Below, piece after piece: positions 8,437 through 16,581 of a DNA stretch of 64,000 nucleotides. The position numbers and the translations under genes are program-made. Every line of letters begins with the position of its first letter. Position 1 is the stretch's first letter. The notes beneath the pieces were generated by a model that saw nothing but the letters and a program-made list of their open reading frames with translations, was not told where the DNA came from and searched no databases. This DNA is from Acidimicrobiales bacterium (GTDB lineage Bacteria > Actinomycetota > Acidimicrobiia > Acidimicrobiales > Aldehydirespiratoraceae), in NCBI GenBank assembly GCA_965116865.1, contig OZ220727.1, positions 2,372,798 through 2,436,797 on the forward strand. The letters run 5' to 3'.

Positions 8437-10736
8437 TCCCGCCCGTGTGCACTGCGCTCACGGGCCGCTCGGGCCACGGCCTCGCCCGTATGGGCCGCGT
8501 CGCCCCCGGCGTCGTCTCCGGTCTGGTCGTCGTCTCCGGTCTGGTCGTCGTCTCCGGTCTGGTCGTCGTCTCCGGTCTCTTGGTCTTCGCCTTCCGCCGG
8601 CTCGGTCTCGATGCGGTCGCCTTCCGTCCCCAGCGACTCGCCCACCACCACGTCCACCTGCGTCTCGGACGACACTTCGAGATCGGGGGGAGGCGTCTGG
8701 GCCAGTATCCGGCCCACGTCCGACGAGCCCGGCTCGACCGGTTCGAACGTGACGATGCCGATGACGAGCCCGGCTCGCTCCACGGCCAGCTTCCCCGTGT
8801 CGAACAACAGGCCCTGCACGTCGGGGATCGCCACCAGCGGAGGACCGTCGGAGGTGATCACGAACACTTCCTGTCCGGCCGACACCGGGAAGCCGTTGGG
8901 CGGGTCGGTGCCGATGACCTGGCCCTCTTCGACCTCGGAAGAGGGCTCGCGCCTCTCGTCGACGCGGAACCCTCGCGCCGTCAAAGCCTGGAAGGCGTCG
9001 ATCAAGGACAGGCCCCGCACGTCCGGCACGAAGATCTGCCCCGGTCCGCTCGAGACGGTGATGGTAACCGCCTCGCCCGCGGCGAGCTCGGTGTTCGAGG
9101 AGGGCTCCTGCCCCACCACGATGCCTGCCTCAGCCTGGCTGGTGCCCTCGATGACGATCACCTCGTAGCCCGCGCTGCGGAGGATGCTCTCGGCGTCGAT
9201 GAGGTTGCGGCCCCGCACGGGCGGAACTCTCGGGATCTCGCTCTGGCTGACGGTGAGCGCCACCCTGGCGCCCTCCTCGATCCGTTGGCCTGCAAGCGGG
9301 CTCTGGGCGAACACCGTGTTCGCGGGCACCCCCGTGTTGACCTGGTAGCTGGGCTCCGGCTCCAGGCCGGCCGACCTCAGCAGAGCGTCCGCCTCGCCGT
9401 AGCTGATCCCAGCAACGTCGGGCACCTCGATCAGCCGGCCGATCTCGGACGCGGACGGCGGATCGGCCGGGTCGTCCTCGTCGATGACCAGCGACCGGTA
9501 GAAGGTCACGCCGAGGAAGCCGAGAGCGACCACGAGGACCACCAAGCCCAAGAACATGAGCACGGTCCGCTTCCAGCCGTCGGACCGGTGGACCTCCTCG
9601 TAGTAGTAGGCCGGCGGCATGTACTGGGGCGGAGGCGCCGGCCCCGGCACGGCGGGCGATTGAGCGCGGGTCCCGGTGGGCGGACCGCCGTCGTGCGGCG
9701 GAACGCCTGCGACCAGGCCGGTGTGCTGCCGGTCTGCCGCCGAGCCCGGCGACGCCTGCGACCCGCTCACAGGACGACGGCCCGACCCCACCACAGGCAA
9801 CTGGCCCGACCCCACCACAGGCAACTGGCCCGACCCCACCACAGGCAACTGGCCCGACCCCACCACAGGCGCCTGGCCGGTGCGGGCCGGTATTCGGTGG
9901 GCGCCGGCCAGGTAGCGCTGAAGATCGGCGCGCAGGTCCTCCGCTGCGGGATAGCGGTTGGCCGGGTTCTTGGCCAGGAGCTTGAGGATGATCGCCTCGA
10001 GGGACTCCACGATGCTCGCTCCCATCACAGAAGGCGCCAAAGGCCGCTCCTGCACATGCTTGACGGCCACCGCGGTCGAGGTGTCGGCGGTGAAGGGGGG
10101 CTTGCCTACGATCATCTCGTAGAGCACGACCCCGAGCGAGTACAGGTCGCTGCGACCGTCTAGGGCCTTGCCCTGGGCCTGCTCGGGCGAGAAGTAGGTG
10201 GCCGTGCCCATGACCGACCCGATATGGGTCAGGTTGTCGCCGGTCCTGCGGGCCAGAGCGGTGGCTATGCCGAAGTCGGCCACCTTCACTTGGCCGTCGT
10301 CGCTGACGATGATGTTGCCGAGCTTGATGTCGCGGTGCACGAGCCCGGCGTTGTGGGCGCTGCTGAGCGCTTCGGCCACGTCGGACGCGATCTCTGCCGC
10401 CCGGTCCGGGCTGAGACGCCCGGTGGAGCGCATCACGTCGGCCATGCTGCGTCCCACCACGTACTCCATGACGATGTAGTACGTGCCCTGCTCCTGGCCC
10501 CAGTCGTAGATGCCGACGATCTTGGGGTGGTTCAGATTGGCCGCGGACTTCGCCTCTCGGCGGAAGCGCTCCACGAAGCTCGGGTCGTCGGCGAACTCCG
10601 GGAACAGAACCTTCACCGCCACCTGCCGGTCGAGCGACGCGTCGTGGGCCAAGTAGACGTCGGCCATGCCGCCGCGGGCGATGCGGCGAAGCAGTTCGTA
10701 GCGACCGTTGAAGACGGTCAGCCCCTCATCTGACAC
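8433..10736 (-). CDS. pknB: Ser/Thr protein kinase with a transmembrane (TM) segment and four PASTA domains
   Basis: Kinase motifs VAVKVL, HRDIKLGNI, DFG and SPEQA. TM segment LMFLGLVVLVVALGFLGV. Repeated PASTA modules. GTG start. Contains two in-frame VNTRs. Confidence 0.9.
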   Translation of the reverse strand: MSDEGLTVFNGRYELLRRIARGGMADVYLAHDASLDRQVAVKVLFPEFADDPSFVERFRREAKSAANLNHPKIVGIYDWGQEQGTYYIVMEYVVGRSMADVMRSTGRLSPDRAAEIASDVAEALSSAHNAGLVHRDIKLGNIIVSDDGQVKVADFGIATALARRTGDNLTHIGSVMGTATYFSPEQAQGKALDGRSDLYSLGVVLYEMIVGKPPFTADTSTAVAVKHVQERPLAPSVMGASIVESLEAIILKLLAKNPANRYPAAEDLRADLQRYLAGAHRIPARTGQAPVVGSGQLPVVGSGQLPVVGSGQLPVVGSGRRPVSGSQASPGSAADRQHTGLVAGVPPHDGGPPTGTRAQSPAVPGPAPPPQYMPPAYYYEEVHRSDGWKRTVLMFLGLVVLVVALGFLGVTFYRSLVIDEDDPADPPSASEIGRLIEVPDVAGISYGEADALLRSAGLEPEPSYQVNTGVPANTVFAQSPLAGQRIEEGARVALTVSQSEIPRVPPVRGRNLIDAESILRSAGYEVIVIEGTSQAEAGIVVGQEPSSNTELAAGEAVTITVSSGPGQIFVPDVRGLSLIDAFQALTARGFRVDERREPSSEVEEGQVIGTDPPNGFPVSAGQEVFVITSDGPPLVAIPDVQGLLFDTGKLAVERAGLVIGIVTFEPVEPGSSDVGRILAQTPPPDLEVSSETQVDVVVGESLGTEGDRIETEPAEGEDQETGDDDQTGDDDQTGDDDQTGDDAGGDAAHTGEAVARAARERSAHGRE
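8511..8580. repeat. 18-bp x ~4 in-frame tandem repeat in the pknB 3' end (GDDDQT units)
   Basis: GTCGTCTCCGGTCTGGTC is repeated; the protein tail reads QTGDDDQTGDDDQTGDDDQTGDD. Confidence 0.9.
9781..9876. repeat. 24-bp x 4 in-frame tandem repeat in the pknB juxtamembrane linker
   Basis: CCCGACCCCACCACAGGCAACTGG is repeated; the protein reads VVGSGQLP x4. Confidence 0.9.
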
Positions 10737-11157
10737 TGCCGTCCATTGTAACGGGCACCCACAGGCCGAGATTCAAACCGGGAAGTCGTAACGGCATGGT
10801 TCGGGGAGGCTTGCGCGGCGGGCGAGCATCCCCGCCCCTCCCGGACGGATCGGCTGGTCGCAACGGCATGGTTCGGGGAGGCTTGCGCGGCGGGCGAGCA
10901 TCCCCGCCCCTCCCGGACGGATCGGCTGGTCGCAACGGCATGGTTCGGGGAGGCTTGCGCGGCGGGCGAGCATCCCCGCCCCTCCCGGACGGATCGGCTG
11001 GTCGCAACGGCATGGTTCGGGGAGGCTTGCGCGGCGGGCGAGCATCCCCGCCCCTCCCGGACGGATCGGCTGGTCGCAACGGCATGGTTCGGGGAGGCTT
11101 GCGCGGCGGGCGAGCATCCCCGCCCCTCCCGGACGGATCGGCTGGTCGCAACGGCAT
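10726..11157 (-). other. 143-codon ORF running in frame through the 72-bp array and ending 11 nt inside pknB
   Basis: Reads MPLRPADPSGRGGDARPPRKPPRT repeated. The stop at 10726 overlaps the pknB GTG at 10736. Confidence 0.2.
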
Positions 11158-11182
11158 GGTTCGGGGAGGCTTGCGCGGCGGG
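10786..11182. repeat. 72-bp x ~5.5 tandem array between the PP2C gene and pknB
   Basis: Unit: GGCATGGTTCGGGGAGGCTTGCGCGGCGGGCGAGCATCCCCGCCCCTCCCGGACGGATCGGCTGGTCGCAAC. Each unit has nested inverted repeats (GGGAGG/CCTCCC and GGCGGG/CCCGCC). Confidence 0.95.
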
Positions 11183-11227
11183 CCCGGCCGGCCGCGCTGC
11201 TGAGACCCCGGCCGGACGCCGCCTCTC

Positions 11228-12022
11228 TCAGATCGGCACCGCCTGCTGGAATTCGAGCACCAGCCGGTCCGATCGCGGCAAGCGGGATCGAGGCCCGGCC
11301 ATGACGTCGACGACGACGGCGGTGGCGTTGTCATGGCCGTGGCCGGGCCGCACCGCTCGCTCCACCAGGCTGCGGGCCGCGTCCCCGGCACCGGGGACGG
11401 ACCGCAGGATTGCGGCGATCTCGGAGTCGGGTGCCTCGTTGGTGAGCCCGTCACTGCACAACAGGAAGCGATCCCCGTCCACGACCGCGAGCTCCCAGCC
11501 GTCGACATGCACCGGGCGCTCGCATCCGACCGCTCGGGTGAGGGTGTGGCGGTCGGCACTGGTGGCCGCCTCGGCCGCGGAGATGACGCCGTCGCGGACG
11601 AGGTTCTCGGAGATGGTGTGATCGACGGTTACACGGCTGAAGCCGTCCGAAGTGAGCGCGTAGAGCCTGGAGTCTCCGACGTTGCAGGCAGCCAGCCGCG
11701 GCCGACCGCCTTCGACGTCGATGGCGGCCAGCACGCACAGCGTCGTCGACATCTCGAACAGGCTCGGATCGTTTCTGGCCGCTTCCAGGACGGCCTCGTT
11801 GGCCGATCCCATCCGGACGATCAGCTCGGTCAGGGACGCGACGCCGACGTCGGAGGCGCCACCGGACAGCACCTCGACGGCGATGCCTGCGGCAGCACCA
11901 CCGCCCGCGTAGCCGCCGAGCCCGTCCGCCACCGCGAAGACGGCACCTCCGGCGAGGTAGCGGTCCTGATTCTCGCGGCGGTGCAAGCCCGCATGGGTGG
12001 CGGCCCCGTAACCCAGGCGCAC
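11228..12022 (-). CDS. PP2C-family Ser/Thr protein phosphatase
   Basis: Taking the GTG at 12022, the protein begins VRLGYGAATHAGLHRRENQDRYL and contains FAVADGLGGYAGG and LLCSDGL. The long upstream extension of the ORF (to 12457) crosses repeats and reaches the tRNA. Confidence 0.85.
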   Translation of the reverse strand: MRLGYGAATHAGLHRRENQDRYLAGGAVFAVADGLGGYAGGGAAAGIAVEVLSGGASDVGVASLTELIVRMGSANEAVLEAARNDPSLFEMSTTLCVLAAIDVEGGRPRLAACNVGDSRLYALTSDGFSRVTVDHTISENLVRDGVISAAEAATSADRHTLTRAVGCERPVHVDGWELAVVDGDRFLLCSDGLTNEAPDSEIAAILRSVPGAGDAARSLVERAVRPGHGHDNATAVVVDVMAGPRSRLPRSDRLVLEFQQAVPI

Positions 12023-12029
12023 ACCGCCA

Positions 12030-12380
12030 ATGCTAACGGCCCGTCGGAGTCCCCCTCCCCTCCCACGGCATGCCTCTGCCGGGCGCGCCCGGCGACCACC
12101 AGACATGCTGACAGCCCGTCGGAGCCCCCCCGCGACCACTCCACAAACATGCAGGTGTCCAACCACCGTGACAGCTCCCGAGCCACAGCCGCGACCACTC
12201 CACAAACATGCGGACCAACCATCCAGCGGGCCACCAAACCCATGGACCCACAGCCACCCTCCTCGACATGGCCAACAGCAGCATCCAGCAGGCCACCAAA
12301 CCCATGGACCCACAGCCACCCTCCTCGACATGGCCAACAGCAGCATCCAGCAGGCCACCAAATCCATGGACCCACAGCCG
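12030..12380. repeat. Composite repeat region upstream of the PP2C gene (62-bp x ~2.5, plus 74-bp and 58-bp spaced duplications)
   Basis: CATGGACCCACAGCCACCCTCCTCGACATGGCCAACAGCAGCATCCAGCAGGCCACCAAACC recurs at 12241, 12303 and 12365. ATGCTrACrGCCCGTCGGAG occurs at 12030 and 12104. Confidence 0.85.
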
Positions 12381-12457
12381 CGAGCCGGCGGGCGGCGATT
12401 CGAGTGGCGAGCCGCTAGCCTCGTGGCCCCGAACCGCCCGAAGCGGTTCGGGCCCAC

Positions 12458-12541
<84 letters not shown>

Positions 12542-12547
12542 CATTGA

Positions 12548-12635
12548 GGCTGGCCTACGGTCCAGAGGATCTCGACCACGCGACCACGCCCGTGCTCGTT
12601 GAGGTCACAGTGCCCGCCGGACAGGCAGCCGACGC
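12548..12635 (+). pseudogene. 88-bp fragment of a RES-domain toxin gene abutting tRNA-Leu
   Basis: Reads AYGPEDLDHATTPVLVEVTVPAGQAAD. It is about 88% identical to the reverse complement of 36506-36592, which lies inside the RES toxin pseudogene. Confidence 0.6.
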
Positions 12636-12770
12636 ATACTGGTGCTTCGCGTTTGAGGTCGGAGTGGAGGTGGTAGAGGTCCGCGGCTGGACGCGAGGGA
12701 TCCTCCGGAATTCGGCGCTGACAGGCAGCTGAGCAACTGGAGGATCCCTGGGGAAGACGACCCTGCGCGC

Positions 12771-13128
12771 ATGTGCGAGCTGCTGGTGGGACTGGGCGAT
12801 GTCGAGGTGCTCGGCATCGACGACGAGGCGGGCGCGCCTCTGCGGGTGCATATCCGCCGACGGGTGCCGCGGCCGGTTCCGGGCCAAGGTCTGGGCCACC
12901 GGCATCGTCGCCGTCGGACGGGGCCAGCTTCTGGACAGAGTCCCAGGCCGCACCGCCCGAGCGCCCACACAGTGGCTGCTTGGCCGTCCCCGCCGCTGGC
13001 TCGCCGCCACCGAAGCCGCCAACAACTTCGTCAAACGCGCCGCGTTCGGGTTCACCAACTTCGCCAATCACCGAAGCCGCGCCCTGCTCTACGCCGAAAA
13101 ACCCAACTGGGCGCTGCTCGACACCTGA
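12771..13128 (+). pseudogene. ISL3-family transposase remnant (N- and C-terminal pieces; interior deleted)
   Basis: The 5' piece reads LLVGLGDVEVLGIDDEAGAPLRVHI. The 3' piece reads TEAANNFVKRAAFGFTNFANHRSRALLYAEKPNWALLDT, the typical ISL3 C-terminus. Confidence 0.65.
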
Positions 13129-13208
13129 AGCGGTCAAAACCCATTCTGAAGCTATCCTGAGTGTTCTGATAGACCGGTTGGCACAACGGGCCTACCCCTG
13201 CTCCGAGG

Positions 13209-15548
13209 TTAAGGCGGCGGCAAGTTGGATGAGTACGGGCGAGACTTAATGTACTCTTCCATGAACGCCAGGTCGAGTTCGTTGCCATCAGTGAGAGGCA
13301 GTCGAATACTCGATCGCCGCATGCGTGTTTGGCTGCATTTCCTGCCGTAGTTGTATCGGTACTGTTCTAGGTTGATTATCGTTACAAGAAACATAGCAAC
13401 ATAGGAGTTCATTGAGAACTTCGGAATCAGCTTCTCAACGTGATCGGATGCGGTAAACGGCTGCGCTTGGTAGCTACAATACCCTGCAACCGCACTGTCA
13501 ACCACAAGGACACCACCCCGTTCCGTGTATGTGCCGAAGAAGTGCCTTACTCCGTTATTCGTCGCCTGAGTCGTTACGAATGGGAATCTCAACTGAGTGC
13601 CATAGTCTCCTGCGTGTAGCTCTCTCAGTGGTGTCGTCTGACTGCCAGTTATCTTAAAGATATCGGCAATCTTAACTTCTTTCCACGTTGATACGTCAAG
13701 AGCGAGTGTGGCTTCACAGCTGGACGCATCGGAAACGTTTGGAACAATTCTGTTCGCAAACAAGTACGCCGAGTATTCGTGTAGCGTATTGTCAAACGGA
13801 TTATCAGTAAGCAGGCCGTAATCTGTCTCCATGTATGCCTCAGCGGCCCATTCATCTGCGCTAGTGAGTACCCGATTGACGCTCAACCCTGGAACAGTCC
13901 GTCGATTGAAGTAGAGGTCAAGCCACTGGCACCTGATTTCGTCCCACTTGCCGAAGGCATCGAAGCGTCCACCAACCTTACGTTTGACGAATCCATCGTC
14001 CTTGTAGTAGCCCAAAAAAACTTCTTGGGTCATTGGATGTTCGCGCCATGCTTCGAACACCATGATGCATGAAACAACGCCGACATCTGAGTTGAAGAAG
14101 AGTTCGTCAGGCATGGACAGAACTGCCCTAAGTGTATGCTTCTCCATCAATTGACGCTTCAGGTCACCAATTGTGCCCTTGACGGCAAGAGCGCATTGCA
14201 TTGGCACGATGGCCACACAGATAGAACCTTGAGTTAGGCATTCCAAGTTGTTGAGCACGAACTGGAGCTCTTCGATGTCCTCCTTCTTGTCAGACTTGTA
14301 AGGAGGGTTCAACATGCCGACCGTGGGTCTGTGTTCCTTCATGCTGTTCATTACGTTAGAATCAAAGCAACTGCCTAGTTCAATATTGGACTTACCATCC
14401 TGATGAATGAGCATGTTTGATACCGCCAGTGGGTATATGTCTGATTGAATCTCAACACCGTACAGATGGTCACTCTTTATTGAGTTCTCTGTTGAGGTGG
14501 AGCCCTTAGCATCATCAATCATCCTCTTCATTGCACTGATCAAAAAGCCGCCAGTCCCGGCACAGCTATCGTAGACCACGGATTCGGATCTGACCTGAGC
14601 AAGTTCGGCAAACAGCTCAGTAATGTGAGGAGGTGTCAAGACGATCCCTAGGCCCTTGTCGCTGTTTGCATGTCGTAGGAACTCGACATATATAGTACCG
14701 AGCACGTCTCGATACTGGTGTGTCTTAACGAAAGAGTTCACTTCACGATCAATCTCAGATACGATGCGTCGCAACTCATGCTGTGATCTGATTAGTTCAG
14801 TTTCAAGAGGCAAGAAACCGAACTTCTGTTCGAGCACGTTCAGACGCTTGCTGCCAATGTTTGCTGACTTGAGTTCAGTGATAACTGAATCCACGATGGA
14901 CTTAGCCAGCTGCGTTGAGTCTGTCTCGGACTGGTATGACTTTCGGAAGGCTCTTCGCTCTAGTGCAATCATCACAGCGCTTATCAATAGAGAGCGATTC
15001 TTCTCGGAGACCTTGTTCTTGTGTAGATCGATGTTCAATTGTCGAATGAACTTTTGAAGAGAGTGAAAGTCCTGTCTATACTTGATGGGGTCGTTACGGT
15101 ATCCTTGCAAGTAGTCGTCAACGGGTAGCAGAGCGTGCCCGAAGGCGTCCCTTGGTTCACGCTCTGACCTGAACTTGAAGAAATGAGATATTCTAGCTGA
15201 CTTGGCATCAGTTCCGCTCACCGCTAGGGCCAAGACATCGTAGTTCTCGGAGAGGTAGGACGCATAGTGTAGCGTGCCATCGACGGCATAGTCTCTCGGT
15301 CTAGCGCGAGTGGGACTCTCGTGTTTAGTGATGTCCTCCTTGCATTCGATGACAATCAACAGTTCGGCTTCCTCATTGAAGCGAACGATGAATTCAGGTT
15401 GACCATGTCCTAGACCTGATTTGGAAGCTTGACTTAGCAGTTTTCGAATTCTGGGTTCTGCAGACTGCTGCTCTTCGAGCACTATCTCATCGCGGAACTG
15501 TTTGAAGTGCTCTCGAACGATGTCTTCAGTGGTTCTTTCATTTGCCAT
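13209..15548 (-). CDS. Single-chain restriction-modification protein: PD-(D/E)xK-like N-domain, gamma-class N6-adenine DNA methyltransferase and one HsdS-type target-recognition domain (Type IIG/IIB-like)
   Basis: N-terminal domain GQPEFIVRF...LLIVIECKED. Methyltransferase motif I is VYDSCAGTGGFLISA and motif IV is MLNPPYKSD. C-terminal TRD: WKEVKIADIFKITGSQTTP...RSSIRLPL. The gene is visibly AT-rich (about mid-40s % GC by eye). Confidence 0.8.
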   Translation of the reverse strand: MANERTTEDIVREHFKQFRDEIVLEEQQSAEPRIRKLLSQASKSGLGHGQPEFIVRFNEEAELLIVIECKEDITKHESPTRARPRDYAVDGTLHYASYLSENYDVLALAVSGTDAKSARISHFFKFRSEREPRDAFGHALLPVDDYLQGYRNDPIKYRQDFHSLQKFIRQLNIDLHKNKVSEKNRSLLISAVMIALERRAFRKSYQSETDSTQLAKSIVDSVITELKSANIGSKRLNVLEQKFGFLPLETELIRSQHELRRIVSEIDREVNSFVKTHQYRDVLGTIYVEFLRHANSDKGLGIVLTPPHITELFAELAQVRSESVVYDSCAGTGGFLISAMKRMIDDAKGSTSTENSIKSDHLYGVEIQSDIYPLAVSNMLIHQDGKSNIELGSCFDSNVMNSMKEHRPTVGMLNPPYKSDKKEDIEELQFVLNNLECLTQGSICVAIVPMQCALAVKGTIGDLKRQLMEKHTLRAVLSMPDELFFNSDVGVVSCIMVFEAWREHPMTQEVFLGYYKDDGFVKRKVGGRFDAFGKWDEIRCQWLDLYFNRRTVPGLSVNRVLTSADEWAAEAYMETDYGLLTDNPFDNTLHEYSAYLFANRIVPNVSDASSCEATLALDVSTWKEVKIADIFKITGSQTTPLRELHAGDYGTQLRFPFVTTQATNNGVRHFFGTYTERGGVLVVDSAVAGYCSYQAQPFTASDHVEKLIPKFSMNSYVAMFLVTIINLEQYRYNYGRKCSQTRMRRSSIRLPLTDGNELDLAFMEEYIKSRPYSSNLPPP

Positions 15549-15952
15549 CAGTATATCTCCTTCCAGACAACTATAGTGTTTATGCCGATATGATGATGAA
15601 TCATGAAGCTACTACAGGCATGTGACACAGTGTTGTTGAAGGGCCGACGGCTGTCGCTCACAGATCGCGATTTCGCCTTGCGCTCGCCGACAATCTTGGT
15701 CATGGCCTTCCCAGTCTGTCACCTCCCGCCATGTCGGGCGCGGCAGTCGGGTCTGAAGTCTCCAAGGCTCGGACTTGGAGGGTCACGTCCAGTTCCTGCA
15801 CCGAGAGCCTGCTGCCCCGCGTCCTCGGTGCCGACGACGCTCTCCAACGCAAGCCAACTTCTCGACTTGCCGGGGCGGTGGCATCCGCTCCGCGCCGATC
15901 GAGCAGGACAGATGAGCGGCGACCTGGATCATCCCAGACGGCTCATCATCGA

Positions 15953-16171
15953 CGACGCACAAACTCTAAGTCCCGACACGCAAACCGAAAGCCGCGACGC
16001 TGACCGAGCGCGCCAGCCGCCACACCGACGCACAAACTCTAAGTCCCGACACGCAAACCGAAAGCCGCGACGCTGACCGAGCGCGCCGGCCGCCACACCG
16101 ACGCACAAACTCTAAGTCCCGACACGCAAACCGAAAGCCGCGACGCTGACCGAGCGCGCCAGCCGCCACAC
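15953..16171. repeat. 73-bp x 3 tandem repeat
   Basis: CGACGCACAAACTCTAAGTCCCGACACGCAAACCGAAAGCCGCGACGCTGACCGAGCGCGCCAGCCGCCACAC is repeated with a 73-bp period. Confidence 0.95.
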
Positions 16172-16289
16172 CCTTGCCGTCGCGCTGCCCGACGGCTACG
16201 ACGCCGCCAGCACCGCGGCCGCGGCCATCGCCGCTCCCGCCCGCCAACCGGCGCACCCGGCCAAGACCCCGACCCGGGACCAGGACCGC

Positions 16290-16550
16290 GAGACAGCCCG
16301 CTGGGCCGACATCGAGCAAGCGCTCGGAGCCGAGGTCTACTTCTGTGACCCGCACTCGCCGTGGCAGCACGGAACCAACGAGCACACCAACGGCCAGCTG
16401 CGACGCCGGCCGCCCAACAGCACCGACCTCAACATCGGCCAAGCCCGCCTCGCCGTCATCGAGGACAACCTCAACTCGATGCCCCGCAAGCTCCACGACT
16501 GGGACTCAGCCCACAGCGTCTATGCTGCCCTCTGTCGCAACGACCGGTGG
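16290..16550 (+). pseudogene. IS30-family transposase 3' fragment
   Basis: The frame reads RETARWADIEQALGAEVYFCDPHSPWQHGTNEHTNGQLRRRPPNSTDLNIGQARLAVIEDNLNSMPRKLHDW, the IS30 DDE C-terminal block. No N-terminal part is present. Confidence 0.65.
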
Positions 16551-16581
16551 AGTTCGCCCACCCACATCCTCCCTCAGGAGG

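Noticed and set aside
11228-12457. A 409-aa version of the PP2C gene.
   Set aside because: The extension crosses non-triplet (62-bp) repeats and abuts tRNA-Leu. PP2C similarity starts at GTG 12022.
15549-15702. A 51-codon ORF ending in TGATG at the R-M gene start, considered as a controller (C) protein.
   Set aside because: It has no helix-turn-helix pattern, straddles the GC transition, and its composition looks non-coding.
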